Assembly (NCBI GenBank): GCA_029260015.1
Contig: JAJDEB010000023.1
Location: 45,457 to 109,456 of the forward strand
Source of the DNA: Phycisphaerae bacterium
GTDB taxonomy: Bacteria > Planctomycetota > Phycisphaerae > UBA1845
Direction of reading: 5' to 3'
DNA: 64,000 nucleotides
Within the stretch, counting starts at the first letter, position 1. The number at the start of each line of letters is the position of its first letter. Positions 8,615-18,178 of the stretch are shown here, piece by piece. Position numbers and translations under genes: made by a program. Under the pieces are notes generated by a model. That model ran no database searches. It was not told where the DNA came from and worked only from the letters and a program-made list of their open reading frames with translations.

Positions 8615-10717
8615 CTAGGACGGTCCTGACAGCATTTCTGCGAACAGTGCAAAATCATTTACGTCCACGGTCCCGTTTGCGTCAGCGTCGAATGGGCAGA
8701 GACATTCTGCGAGCACGCTGTTACCCATGCATTCCTGGAGGGCTGCAAAGTCTTCGAGATCGACATCTGCGTCACCTGTGTCTCCGGGAATCTGGCCATC
8801 GGCGCATACTGCTTCGCAAGGTGGAGTTCCGGACGCATCGATTTCGATGGACCACTCCAGCAGTGAGCCGACATCACCATCAAAATCGTCGAACACCTCC
8901 AAAGTCCACGTGCCGGCACTGTCTTTCCCATTGAACGCTGACAGTAGCGAACCGCCCGTCGAAGTCGGTTGGAATGTCCCAATTGTTGGGGAACCGCATG
9001 CCAGCGTTCCCCCATCGTCATCGAAAGTGATGTCGAAGTTATCGTTACCACCACATGTGTTGCTCATAAGGGTGATGGGCGTTTCGCTCTCGTGTTTGAG
9101 TGTGACAAGCACATCGGACAAGAATGGATGGTCAATTCGTACTCGAACATTAACGTCGCCAACAATAAAGGACTCCCCTACGGTAATCGTGTCGGAAACG
9201 GGCGCCCCCACACCTCCTGGTGCCGGCAGGCCATCCGGTATCGGCTTGTTGACTATTGACGAGTTTTGGACAGGCTCGCCCAATGGTGGAACATTACACG
9301 TTGTTCCATCCCCAAGATACACACCGCCCGATCCATCGCAGTCTTCGACCGTGCGCTCACTGCAGGACTTTCCGTCGCAGCATGCACCCATCGGGGGCAG
9401 ACATTCCGCTTCAACAAGCGTCGAATCACCGCCTGCCACGTTTCCATTGTCACCGATTTGAATCAGATACGATTCACCCTCAGCAACCTGGAAGATCAGC
9501 GATTCAACCGAATCACCCAACTCATTTCCGTTTTTGTCTACGCATGCAAGTTCATTTAATTCGACACAAGTATCTCGGACCACGATGATCGTGTCGTAGG
9601 TCGCAATGGGCGTGGCACGAATGAGCAAGTTGCAGTCTCGATCGGCAGTCCATTCGTACCACACATCGTTTTGCATCAATCCTGTCGCACCGAAACTGTC
9701 GCACAATCCGACCGGGCCGTCAGCCGACGCCCCACCCGTATCGACCGTATCAACATACGGAACCGCATCAATGACAATCGCATCACCACAGTCATCGTTC
9801 GGTGGAACGACCGGACAGTTCTCCAAGAAGCAACTGCTCAGAGGACCACGGTATTCGCCACCGGACGCAGTGCATTCCAAAACGTTGACAGCTGTACACG
9901 ATCCATCAGGATGACAGCATGCCCCGGGAGGAAGGCACGCGATTGGATCTCCAGTCTCCACACTCACACAAAATGCGCGATCGTCGGGTTCGAAGTCCGT
10001 TTGATCGTAGCCGTCGGGCGGGCCAATCCCGTTTCCATCGTCAAGGTTACTGCCGTTCCCGTCGGCGCCGTCTTCCCAAAACCAATTTGCGCCGCCGCTC
10101 AAATCGTTCTTGATTTCTATCCAATAGCAATTTCCACCTACTACATTCACGGCTGCATGGCTGGCGGTGTATTCAAATATTGGCGCGACGCCCAAGACCA
10201 GCTCACCTGTATCCAATGGCCCCATGACAATCAGCGTCCCACCCGACTGGACAAACGGGCCGCCCACAATGTTTCCGGGGATTCCACCGTTGTCGTCGTA
10301 GTAAGTGATCGTAAACGCATCCGGAAACGGGCCAGGAATCGGTTGATACGCCCCCCACCAGCACAAGTTGGTCAACTGCCCGTTCACTTCAGGCGTGAAA
10401 TCGTCTGCGGAAGTGAATCGCGTGCTGTTGGAATTGCGAGCATTGGTAGTCAGAAATGGTTGGCAGTTTTCTTGCGGTAGTGAACAAAATGAACCTGATC
10501 CGCCTGCGGTAATTTCAATGTTTGAATCCGTCGCCGAACCCTGCCAACTACCAAAGTGTGAGGAATCGATCTTGCTGAATTGAAGGTTGCGTATATCGTT
10601 TGCTTTTTCGCCTGCAGCACAAATTGAAGTAGTGAGGCAGACGGCGAGGGCAAGCCGCATTCTCAATTCGGATGAACGTGCAGAACTGTTCACAAGTCTC
10701 TCCCCGCTGGATGCCAT
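8615..10717 (-). CDS. Secreted multidomain protein: two GACC Cys modules, PPC-like domain, proprotein-convertase P-domain-like region, C-terminal dockerin-like module
   Basis: Signal-peptide-like MRLALAVCLTTSICAAG (alternative start 10660). GACC modules lie at aa 265-302 (GACCHPDGSC..GGEYRG) and aa 444-476 (GACCDGKSCS..GGVYLGDG). Residues ~505-627 (GDVNVRVRIDHPFLSDVLVTLKHES...AGTWTLEVFD..LLEWSIEI) resemble a P-domain. The C-terminus is DADVDLEDFAALQECM...CLCPFDADANGTVDVNDFALF. Confidence 0.8.
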   Translation of the reverse strand: MASSGERLVNSSARSSELRMRLALAVCLTTSICAAGEKANDIRNLQFSKIDSSHFGSWQGSATDSNIEITAGGSGSFCSLPQENCQPFLTTNARNSNSTRFTSADDFTPEVNGQLTNLCWWGAYQPIPGPFPDAFTITYYDDNGGIPGNIVGGPFVQSGGTLIVMGPLDTGELVLGVAPIFEYTASHAAVNVVGGNCYWIEIKNDLSGGANWFWEDGADGNGSNLDDGNGIGPPDGYDQTDFEPDDRAFCVSVETGDPIACLPPGACCHPDGSCTAVNVLECTASGGEYRGPLSSCFLENCPVVPPNDDCGDAIVIDAVPYVDTVDTGGASADGPVGLCDSFGATGLMQNDVWYEWTADRDCNLLIRATPIATYDTIIVVRDTCVELNELACVDKNGNELGDSVESLIFQVAEGESYLIQIGDNGNVAGGDSTLVEAECLPPMGACCDGKSCSERTVEDCDGSGGVYLGDGTTCNVPPLGEPVQNSSIVNKPIPDGLPAPGGVGAPVSDTITVGESFIVGDVNVRVRIDHPFLSDVLVTLKHESETPITLMSNTCGGNDNFDITFDDDGGTLACGSPTIGTFQPTSTGGSLLSAFNGKDSAGTWTLEVFDDFDGDVGSLLEWSIEIDASGTPPCEAVCADGQIPGDTGDADVDLEDFAALQECMGNSVLAECLCPFDADANGTVDVNDFALFAEMLSGPS

Positions 10718-10720
10718 TCG

Positions 10721-12151
10721 TTAGTTGGACAGGCTATCCTGAAGCAATGAAAAATCGTTCAGATCCACATCACCGTCGCTGTCATTGTCGAAACAGGCAC
10801 ACGAAGTGGTGGCGCCCCCCTCAGGTCCGAGCAGGCATGACGCCATTTCGGCGTAGTCGTCCAGATCTATATCACCATCCAGATCAGAGTCTCCACCACC
10901 GCTGCACGGATCACTCGCTACTTGCATGACGCGCAACCCAATCACCGGGCGCGTCGATCCCGGCCCGACGTCACCACGATTGGCACAGGTAACTTGGCGG
11001 ATGTTAGAGCGATAACTTCCCCCAGCGATTGATCGATCCGGTGCGATGCTGGCTGAAATGGTCACCTGATCACTCAAGAACTCCCAAACATTCCCGGACA
11101 TATCGCAGATGCCATAGCGGTTATTGTTCGCCGTTGTTTGAAACACGTCACCGTGATTGGTTCCGTCGTAATAACAGACCGGGGTCGTGGCATAGACGGC
11201 TGGGTTCGGATTGTCGAATGGGTCACTGCTGTCTCTAAAATTTGCATCGAGATTGGTCAATGGATCGCGCCCGAAGGCATGCAACCAATGATCCGCCGGA
11301 ACGCTGTGTTCTTCGAAGGGAAATCCCACGAAAAACGTCCTGATGTTGTCCGGTGCGAGGGGATCGAACGCAGCGGCTTTGTACCACTCGTTGAACCGAC
11401 GGGGGACTGCGTTGCTCGCACCAACACTGGTTCCGCCCTCGTCCATCAAGAGTCGGTATCCTCGGTATTGCCTGACCCAAGCCGCCCGCTCGGATGTATT
11501 CAAGTCTCTTGCCAGATTGTTGGTTGGCTGCGTCCCGTCAATTTCAACTCCTGTCGTGATCGGAAACCAATCCGTCTCAGCGCTTCCCTCTGCGTAGCAG
11601 CGCTCATCAAGCCCCAAACCCTGGTCGATGGTCAACCAGTTGCAGAACTTGACCGACCCTATCCAACTCATTCCGATGGCAGGATGGTCTTCCTTCCCGC
11701 TGATGGGTGAATAGCGAGTCCCGACGGACGCGATAGGGTTGTAAACAAGCGACCCGCGAGACATGTCATAGACCGCATCTACGTCACTCGAATCACCAAC
11801 AACCAATCCGACATCACCCGGCTCAATCGGAGGCGGTCTCCATTTCATATTGTCACCGCGTTCGTTTCCGAATCCTGGATGCTGTACTTCGTTGTGAAAC
11901 TCAGCGTCATTGAGGAAAGCGGCGAACTGGGCGTTGGTGACCTCGGTGATTCCAACATCATAATCGTAAACAGGACCACCAATCTGCACATCGGAGGCTG
12001 GAACAGTCACCGTCGCAACGGTGAATGCCTGTGCAAATGACTGCTCGCAATGCGCGAGAGTTAAAGCCACGACAAGCAAAACCACAGCGCGGTTAAGACA
12101 ATCGACGCACGTCCAGCAGTTGAGCAAATGATTGCGCTTGTTATGGACCAT
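10721..12151 (-). CDS. Secreted FGE/SUMF1-type domain protein with C-terminal dockerin-like module
   Basis: The ORF-track start at 12304 would overlap the upstream gene by 164 nt. The ATG at 12151 (MVHNKRNHLL.., hydrophobic VVLLVVALTLAHC) overlaps it by only 11 nt. Motifs WIGSVKFCNWL, RYGICDMSGNVWEFLSD and GGSYRS fit the FGE-sulfatase fold. The C-terminus is DSDLDGDIDLDDYAEMASC...CACFDNDSDGDVDLNDF. Confidence 0.8.
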   Translation of the reverse strand: MVHNKRNHLLNCWTCVDCLNRAVVLLVVALTLAHCEQSFAQAFTVATVTVPASDVQIGGPVYDYDVGITEVTNAQFAAFLNDAEFHNEVQHPGFGNERGDNMKWRPPPIEPGDVGLVVGDSSDVDAVYDMSRGSLVYNPIASVGTRYSPISGKEDHPAIGMSWIGSVKFCNWLTIDQGLGLDERCYAEGSAETDWFPITTGVEIDGTQPTNNLARDLNTSERAAWVRQYRGYRLLMDEGGTSVGASNAVPRRFNEWYKAAAFDPLAPDNIRTFFVGFPFEEHSVPADHWLHAFGRDPLTNLDANFRDSSDPFDNPNPAVYATTPVCYYDGTNHGDVFQTTANNNRYGICDMSGNVWEFLSDQVTISASIAPDRSIAGGSYRSNIRQVTCANRGDVGPGSTRPVIGLRVMQVASDPCSGGGDSDLDGDIDLDDYAEMASCLLGPEGGATTSCACFDNDSDGDVDLNDFSLLQDSLSN

Positions 12152-15100
12152 TAAACACCGCCTCGAACGCATTCCAGTCATCGGTATCAACATCTCGGTC
12201 GCCATCAAGATCAAAGACTTCGCATCCAACCACGCAGGTGAAGACTCCCGACCCCGAGAAACACCGCTGGAAAGCGGCGCTATCGACCAGATCACGGTCG
12301 GCATCGAAATCGAAATCTGCCGTTCCGGTCACATCGCCTATCACCGATGCGACACGCATACCAAAATTGGCGGCACCGCTGTCTTGTGTAAAATCCAAGT
12401 CAAACGAATTGCGAGCCAACACAGCTGCATTGGAAAAATCGCCTCCGCGCGCTTGTCGTGTCGGGTTCCCAGCCGCAGGCGTTCCGATCGTGTCGGTCCA
12501 TTCGAAAACGTTGCCAGCCATGTCGAACGAACCCCACGGACTGACGGGGCCAGCCGTTCCAATCGTCGCCAGATTTCCGCACGGTGGCTGATTGTTCTCG
12601 CAGGTTCCGTTCCAATCAGCCCCCTTTTCCATCACAGCCACATTCGGACCTGGGTTGTCGACCACGCCGCATTCGTCCGTCGTTGCGAGCGTAGGCGTAA
12701 AGTCGGACCGTGTGGGGTAATCCCAATAATCGGTCGTACCTCCAGCGTCTGCGCCACTACTGAATGGATCGTAGTACGCCGCTTTGTGCCATTCGTCCGC
12801 GGACGGGAGGAACCAACGCGCTTGGGCATTGCGAACGATGGCAGCCGGGTCACCAGACATGTCGTACGCGCCGGATTCGGTTGTCGAAGCATTCTGAGAT
12901 CCGCTGGGTTTGCCATTGTGCAGCCAGTTGCAGAATCGAGCTGCAGAAACCCAACGAAAACCGTTCGCCGGTTTGTCGCCAAACTTGGGTTTCGCTGAAT
13001 AGGTGTAGCTCCCTGAGGTACCACTTTGGAGAATGCCTCCGCGGAGGCTGGTTGTCATGACCGTTTCGTAGAGGCTATTGACGTCGTCCGACGCCACTGC
13101 GTTGAGGAATTCAACGTACTGATCGTTGGTGATTTCAAATGTACTGATACGAAAGGCGCGATCGACTGAACCATAACCGGTAGAGTCAGCCGGATTACCG
13201 GGGGCACCAACGATCGTTGTTTCGATTAGATCGTCCGATTGGAAGAGTGGCGTTGCCAGAAAGATTCCTTCGCCTCCACCGACCAGGCTGGCGCGAAAAG
13301 CAACTTGATCCGCATCATTGAGTGTGCGTGGTTTGCCATCTTCTCCGCCCGAACCCCCGGTCCCAAGCACCATGTGAAAGTTATCGAATTCGACGCCATC
13401 AATCTTGTCGGCTTCGTCGATGACCCGCGAGAAATGGTTTCCATCATGAATGTAAATGCCTTCGTTCCCTTTTCCTCCGCTGAACCGGGCGGCGACGACG
13501 ACGTGATCGTGAACATTGACGACATAGCTTCCCATCGCAAAAAACGTGCCATCGGGTTGTCCGGGAACGGGATCGAAGAAGTCGAAGATCTTTGTGATGA
13601 CGCCATTTGAACTGGCGTACAAACCTTGCTGCTGTTGTACGAGCGTACCGAACCGTGCCGAGAAGAACACCGTGCCATTTTTGCTGATCACCGGACTCCC
13701 GAAATCGACGAAGTCACGACCCGGTTGCCCCGGAACAGGAAATACACCGGAATTGTCGACAATCAACTGGTCGACCGAATCCCCGTCGCCCAGATAGATG
13801 CCCTCCGTTCCCGACCCGTTTGCGTATGAACTGCGAAAGACAACCACGCCATTATCGTTGATGTTCGAGAAGGCCTGGATGATATCGAAGCGGGCTGTTC
13901 CTGGTTGCCCAGGGGGAATTCCGGTCGCATCCGCGATGACGAATACATCTTCCTCGTCACGCACATAGCGATAGAGACCATTGGTGACGGTGCCATTTTC
14001 GACACCTGCGCGAAAGGCGACATCGCCCAAGTTGTTTAGCGACATGAACGGGTCGTTGATCACATATCTTGCCGTCGGGGGTTGATTGGGCGGAGCAATT
14101 GTCTCATCAACAATTCGCTCCAAGGCAGTCCCCACATCTGCGAAGTAGAGTCCTTCGCGCTCGACGAACCCGGCATCAAAAAACGAGGCGATGGTTGTGC
14201 ATTGACTGTTCTCATTTACCAGTGGCAAGATGCCGGCGAGAAATGGAAAGACCGTAAATCCGATGGCGGCTGGTTGCTGAGGAACCGGTTGGAGCGGATT
14301 GTCATCGAACTTCAGCAACGTCTGCGTCATGTCGTGAAGATACAAGCCCTGACTGTTGTCACCGAAGGAGAAGCTACCGCGAAACGCGACTTCACCTTTG
14401 TTGTTCAAGCTGGTGGGGCCGAACGATGACCAAGTGGTCGCTCCACTTTGTCCTGGAGGATTGAAATCGAAACTGTCATCCACCAGACGCACCAATTGCC
14501 CATTGCCAAACTTGTAGATGCCTTCGTTTCCCGAGGCTGGTCCCGAGAAGTTGGCTTTGAATGCCACTTCGCTGCGGTTGTTCAAGGTAGGGTCGCTAGT
14601 GGCAAAGTCATCGAACACATCGCCCGGTCGATCCGGAACAGGATCACCAGTGATCGCAATCTTCGTGTAAGCGAATCGAAGCCCTGAAGGGGCGCAGGAG
14701 GCGACGATCACCGTCGCGCTGTCACTGGTTGCGATTCCGCAGTCGTCGGTAATCTCCACCTCGTAGCTGCCCGCGTCGGTCAATTCTACCGTCCCAATTG
14801 CCAAAGTCGCGCTGTCTTGCCCGATCAGCGGCGTTCCATTCTTAAGCCATTGATAAGAAAGTGCGCCGACACCCGATGCCTGCACGTCAACGTTCAGCGC
14901 CTCGCCCGCACAGAGAGATTGTCCAACCGGCTGATCCGTGATTTCAGGGAGCGAAGTGACGTTTAGCGAGCCGACTTCGACGTTGATTGCCCCGCAGCTG
15001 TCGGAAACGAAGACCGAATAGACTCCGTCGTTCGCTGCAGTAGCTGATGGAATGGTGTAGGTGGGCAATATCGCGAACGGAATGTCGTCACCGTTTTTTT

Positions 15101-15779
15101 TCCATTGGTACCCGTTGGTGCTGGCTCCGGTAGAATCGACGCTGAGAATGACTTCATCCCCAACGCAGGCGTGTTGATCACCTGAGACGCTCAGTATCGT
15201 CGGACCGCACGCCATCCCCACGCTCAACACGAAGTCATCGTTTGCGTTGGGAGGAAATGCCTCAGCCTCGCGCCAAGCCCCGATTTCAATCCAATAGGAT
15301 TTCCCTGCGGTTAGCGGAATCTCCAACCGGGCGTCGCTGCTTGGGAATCCGCCGCATCCGTCATCGTCTTCAAAAGTGGCGGTGGAGGATAAGAAGCTGC
15401 ATGCGGTTTCATAGACTCGCAGGTATGTGTCGCCAACACTCCCACACAGTTCGATGGCATATTCGCCCGAAACCGTACAGTCGTATTGGTAGAACAAATC
15501 AAAGTACGGACGATCAACCAGATCGTTGGTGCAACCCAAAACACCGTTGATGGTTAGGGGTAATTCCTCGAATGTGATTGGGGCTGACGTCTCACACGAT
15601 TCATTGCTCTGCACGACACAAGGTTCGCCAGCATAAGCATGTGAACATGCGAACAGAACCAAGCACATGAAACTGCAAAGCTTCCCAGTGATTCTCGCTA
15701 TCTCGATATGGGCTCGCAAATACGCTACCCGCCCTGCGCCAATTGACACTACCATCATCGCTTCTCTCACCCTACCCAT
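12141..15779 (-). CDS. Large secreted protein: PPC-like domain, two Ig-like domains, ~8 N-x-x-G-x-V-A-F...G-I/L-Y repeats, FGE/SUMF1-type domain, dockerin-like C-terminus
   Basis: 1212 aa. Ig-like units contain YQWKKNGDDI...DGVYSVFVSDSCG and YQWLKNGTPL...DAGSYEVEITDDCG. Repeats include NNKGEVAFRGSF..QGLY, NNLGDVAFRAGV..NGLY and NDNGVVVFRSSY..EGIY. FGE-like motifs are ARFCNWLHNG and SPWGSFDMAGNVFEWTD. The C-terminus is DFDFDADRDLVDSAAFQRC...GCEVFDLDGDRDVDTDDWNAF. The start overlaps the upstream stop (TAATG). Confidence 0.85.
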   Translation of the reverse strand: MGRVREAMMVVSIGAGRVAYLRAHIEIARITGKLCSFMCLVLFACSHAYAGEPCVVQSNESCETSAPITFEELPLTINGVLGCTNDLVDRPYFDLFYQYDCTVSGEYAIELCGSVGDTYLRVYETACSFLSSTATFEDDDGCGGFPSSDARLEIPLTAGKSYWIEIGAWREAEAFPPNANDDFVLSVGMACGPTILSVSGDQHACVGDEVILSVDSTGASTNGYQWKKNGDDIPFAILPTYTIPSATAANDGVYSVFVSDSCGAINVEVGSLNVTSLPEITDQPVGQSLCAGEALNVDVQASGVGALSYQWLKNGTPLIGQDSATLAIGTVELTDAGSYEVEITDDCGIATSDSATVIVASCAPSGLRFAYTKIAITGDPVPDRPGDVFDDFATSDPTLNNRSEVAFKANFSGPASGNEGIYKFGNGQLVRLVDDSFDFNPPGQSGATTWSSFGPTSLNNKGEVAFRGSFSFGDNSQGLYLHDMTQTLLKFDDNPLQPVPQQPAAIGFTVFPFLAGILPLVNENSQCTTIASFFDAGFVEREGLYFADVGTALERIVDETIAPPNQPPTARYVINDPFMSLNNLGDVAFRAGVENGTVTNGLYRYVRDEEDVFVIADATGIPPGQPGTARFDIIQAFSNINDNGVVVFRSSYANGSGTEGIYLGDGDSVDQLIVDNSGVFPVPGQPGRDFVDFGSPVISKNGTVFFSARFGTLVQQQQGLYASSNGVITKIFDFFDPVPGQPDGTFFAMGSYVVNVHDHVVVAARFSGGKGNEGIYIHDGNHFSRVIDEADKIDGVEFDNFHMVLGTGGSGGEDGKPRTLNDADQVAFRASLVGGGEGIFLATPLFQSDDLIETTIVGAPGNPADSTGYGSVDRAFRISTFEITNDQYVEFLNAVASDDVNSLYETVMTTSLRGGILQSGTSGSYTYSAKPKFGDKPANGFRWVSAARFCNWLHNGKPSGSQNASTTESGAYDMSGDPAAIVRNAQARWFLPSADEWHKAAYYDPFSSGADAGGTTDYWDYPTRSDFTPTLATTDECGVVDNPGPNVAVMEKGADWNGTCENNQPPCGNLATIGTAGPVSPWGSFDMAGNVFEWTDTIGTPAAGNPTRQARGGDFSNAAVLARNSFDLDFTQDSGAANFGMRVASVIGDVTGTADFDFDADRDLVDSAAFQRCFSGSGVFTCVVGCEVFDLDGDRDVDTDDWNAFEAVFNGP

Positions 15780-17911
15780 TATGATCCAAACGAAATTTGA
15801 AGCAGACCAAAGTCAACAAGGTCTGAATCGCCATCAAAGTCAAAGTCGGCACACTCACAACCGACACCTAGCGGAACATCCGCTCCGTCGATGCACACCG
15901 ACAATCCCGGCCAATCCAATAAGTCGAGATCGTCGTCCAACTCACAGTCGCCGGAGAGAGGAACCATATCAATCAACTCGATCGTGCCGTAGGAACGGGT
16001 GTTGTCGATGGTCTCAAGAATGACACCTGCCGGCGACACGAGGAATAGTCCTTTGCCCTGCCCAAACGTAGCGCCGCTGCTGACCAGCAGATCGCCACCG
16101 GGTAAGACATGGACTCCTTCGGGTTGAGAAAAGCTGATTGATGATCCGATCTGTATGCCAGACGAGTTTAACGTCGTTATGTTGGCACCATGAACGACGA
16201 CGACGTTCCCGTTGGCAAGGACGTCAATATCAGGCATGTTGCCAATAAAGGTTAGAGTCGAGAATTCGCCTATGAGCCCACCGGTTTTCGCGTCGTAGCG
16301 TTTGAGTTTGTGCTCACCGACGTCTCCAACCAATAGGTCACCGTTGGGAAGAATCGCCAAGGCTTGTGGCTGATCAAGATTCGGCGGCGCGAGTTCGCCT
16401 TCGATGAATTCGCCGAGGGGATCGCCGGCGCTCGGCGCGGGCGAGCCGTCGAAGAAAAGATAACGGTGGATGTTGTCATGCGCCCAATCCGAAGTGATAA
16501 GATGCTCGCCCTCCTGTGTCCGAACCATGCCGCGAATGTTGTTGACAGTCTCGCCAGCCAAATAGTTTTCTATGAATTGACCGTCAGCGTCATAGCGGCC
16601 GACCTTGTCGCCTGTCGGTTGCGAAACCAGTACACTGCGGTTGGGGCCAGCTTTGATGTCTGAAACCGAGAACAGATTTCCGTTGTTGTCAAAGTCGCGA
16701 CTGACGAATGTACCGATGACAGCGCCCGTGGATTGGTCAAGCACTCGCACGGTGGTCGGTTGTCCATCGAACTGCGCCACTGTCAACAATGCCGAATCAC
16801 CCAGCGAAACCTGCAACGGATCGGCAAATTGTCGAAGTGCAAGGCCGGCAGGCGAATTGGCTCCCAACACGCTTATCATCGCATTGACTTCTTCGGGCGT
16901 GTCCAAGACATCGAAGTCCAACATTTCGGCGTTGGTAGTATCAATCGTCTGGAAGAACAATTCCCCGGGATAAATCACTTCTGCCGTTCGACCGTTGGTA
17001 TCGATCGCGCCGATATCCCAACGATCCAGCACAACCTCAATACCAGTATCGCCGGCATTGGGCTGGCTCAGCGTATCGCTCACTGAGATCAAAATTTCGC
17101 CGGTATTGAGTTCTTCGATACCGCGACTTTGACCGTTGATGAATGTTGGGTTAACGGATCCGGGACCGGGCACCGGGCTCCCATCAAAGAACAAGTCTTC
17201 GGTCAGACTGCGAGGGGCATCGCCGCCAAAAACGAATCCTTCGGTATGCACAAAGTCATTGGAGGCTTGCGCAAGGAAGTTTCCGTTAATCGTTTCTACA
17301 GTTTGGGAGCCTGAGCCCCAATAAAAGGATCCGTCAGCAGCGATCGCGAAACCATATAGATCAGCCGAACTCAGATTTCCCGCTGTCCCGTTGACTCCTT
17401 CCGAGAACTCCCGAGTCAGGGCAAAACCGTCGATGAACCCATTGTCGGTGGAAGTCGGCGTCATTCGAATGAGATCGCCATCCGAGATCGGATCGATGTC
17501 AGTGAATCCTTCTGTTTGGGAATCGTCATAGCCAACGAGGAAGGTGCCGGTCGATTCGTCAAAATCAAGCGTGCGCATTTCGTTGTTGTTGTCGTCGTTG
17601 CCATTACCCCCGACGGCCCCGCTATCCCAGATGACAAAGAACTGCCCGGTCAAATCCAGACGTACCAGATTCGAGTCGCACGCAAAAATGGTGTCGACAG
17701 CCGGAACCCAAAGGATGATGTCATCGGTATTCGTGATCGTACCATCGCGCAGGCTGGAACCGCTGTGACCTTGCGAGAAAATAATGGGCGCCTCACCACG
17801 GTTAAGCTCTTGCGGATGTCCTGGTTTGGGATTGGGACACTGGGCCAGCGCGGTAGTCGAGATGAAGGCAAGCGTGACAACGACACCACAAGAAATACGA
17901 TCAGTGAACAT
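15779..17911 (-). CDS. Secreted beta-propeller-like (NHL/YncE-like repeat) protein with dockerin-like C-terminus
   Basis: 710 aa. Signal peptide MFTDRISCGVVVTLAFISTTALAQ. Repetitive G/D/N-rich strands (e.g. NGDLLVGDVGEHKLKRYD, GGDLLVSSGATFG). The C-terminus is DDDLDLLDWPGLSVC...CECADFDFDGDSDLVDFGLL. The fold assignment is tentative. Confidence 0.75.
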   Translation of the reverse strand: MFTDRISCGVVVTLAFISTTALAQCPNPKPGHPQELNRGEAPIIFSQGHSGSSLRDGTITNTDDIILWVPAVDTIFACDSNLVRLDLTGQFFVIWDSGAVGGNGNDDNNNEMRTLDFDESTGTFLVGYDDSQTEGFTDIDPISDGDLIRMTPTSTDNGFIDGFALTREFSEGVNGTAGNLSSADLYGFAIAADGSFYWGSGSQTVETINGNFLAQASNDFVHTEGFVFGGDAPRSLTEDLFFDGSPVPGPGSVNPTFINGQSRGIEELNTGEILISVSDTLSQPNAGDTGIEVVLDRWDIGAIDTNGRTAEVIYPGELFFQTIDTTNAEMLDFDVLDTPEEVNAMISVLGANSPAGLALRQFADPLQVSLGDSALLTVAQFDGQPTTVRVLDQSTGAVIGTFVSRDFDNNGNLFSVSDIKAGPNRSVLVSQPTGDKVGRYDADGQFIENYLAGETVNNIRGMVRTQEGEHLITSDWAHDNIHRYLFFDGSPAPSAGDPLGEFIEGELAPPNLDQPQALAILPNGDLLVGDVGEHKLKRYDAKTGGLIGEFSTLTFIGNMPDIDVLANGNVVVVHGANITTLNSSGIQIGSSISFSQPEGVHVLPGGDLLVSSGATFGQGKGLFLVSPAGVILETIDNTRSYGTIELIDMVPLSGDCELDDDLDLLDWPGLSVCIDGADVPLGVGCECADFDFDGDSDLVDFGLLQISFGS

Positions 17912-18178
17912 GATACCCCTCCAAACAGACTGTAGCCTTGCTTACCTGATTCCAGTTGCAAGTACGATCAATACCTCGCCATTGACCAGCGAAGCCATTA
18001 GAAATCGGGCGCGGATAGCGCCTCACGATCGGTCCCACCGGCCCGGCTGGGATCCGACATGTACAAATGCGATGCGCTTGAATCCGCAGCCCGATCATTA
18101 GACGTCGATTTGCGCCCGACGCCTCAGGAGTTTGTTTGCGGCACAGGGTTGCCCCAAAACTAGAATGCTTCAAAAAAA

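Noticed and set aside
12152-12304. N-terminal extension of the FGE-domain ORF (start at 12304)
   Set aside because: It would overlap the end of the 1212-aa gene by 164 nt in another frame. The ATG at 12151 gives a signal-peptide-like N-terminus and a short coupling overlap.
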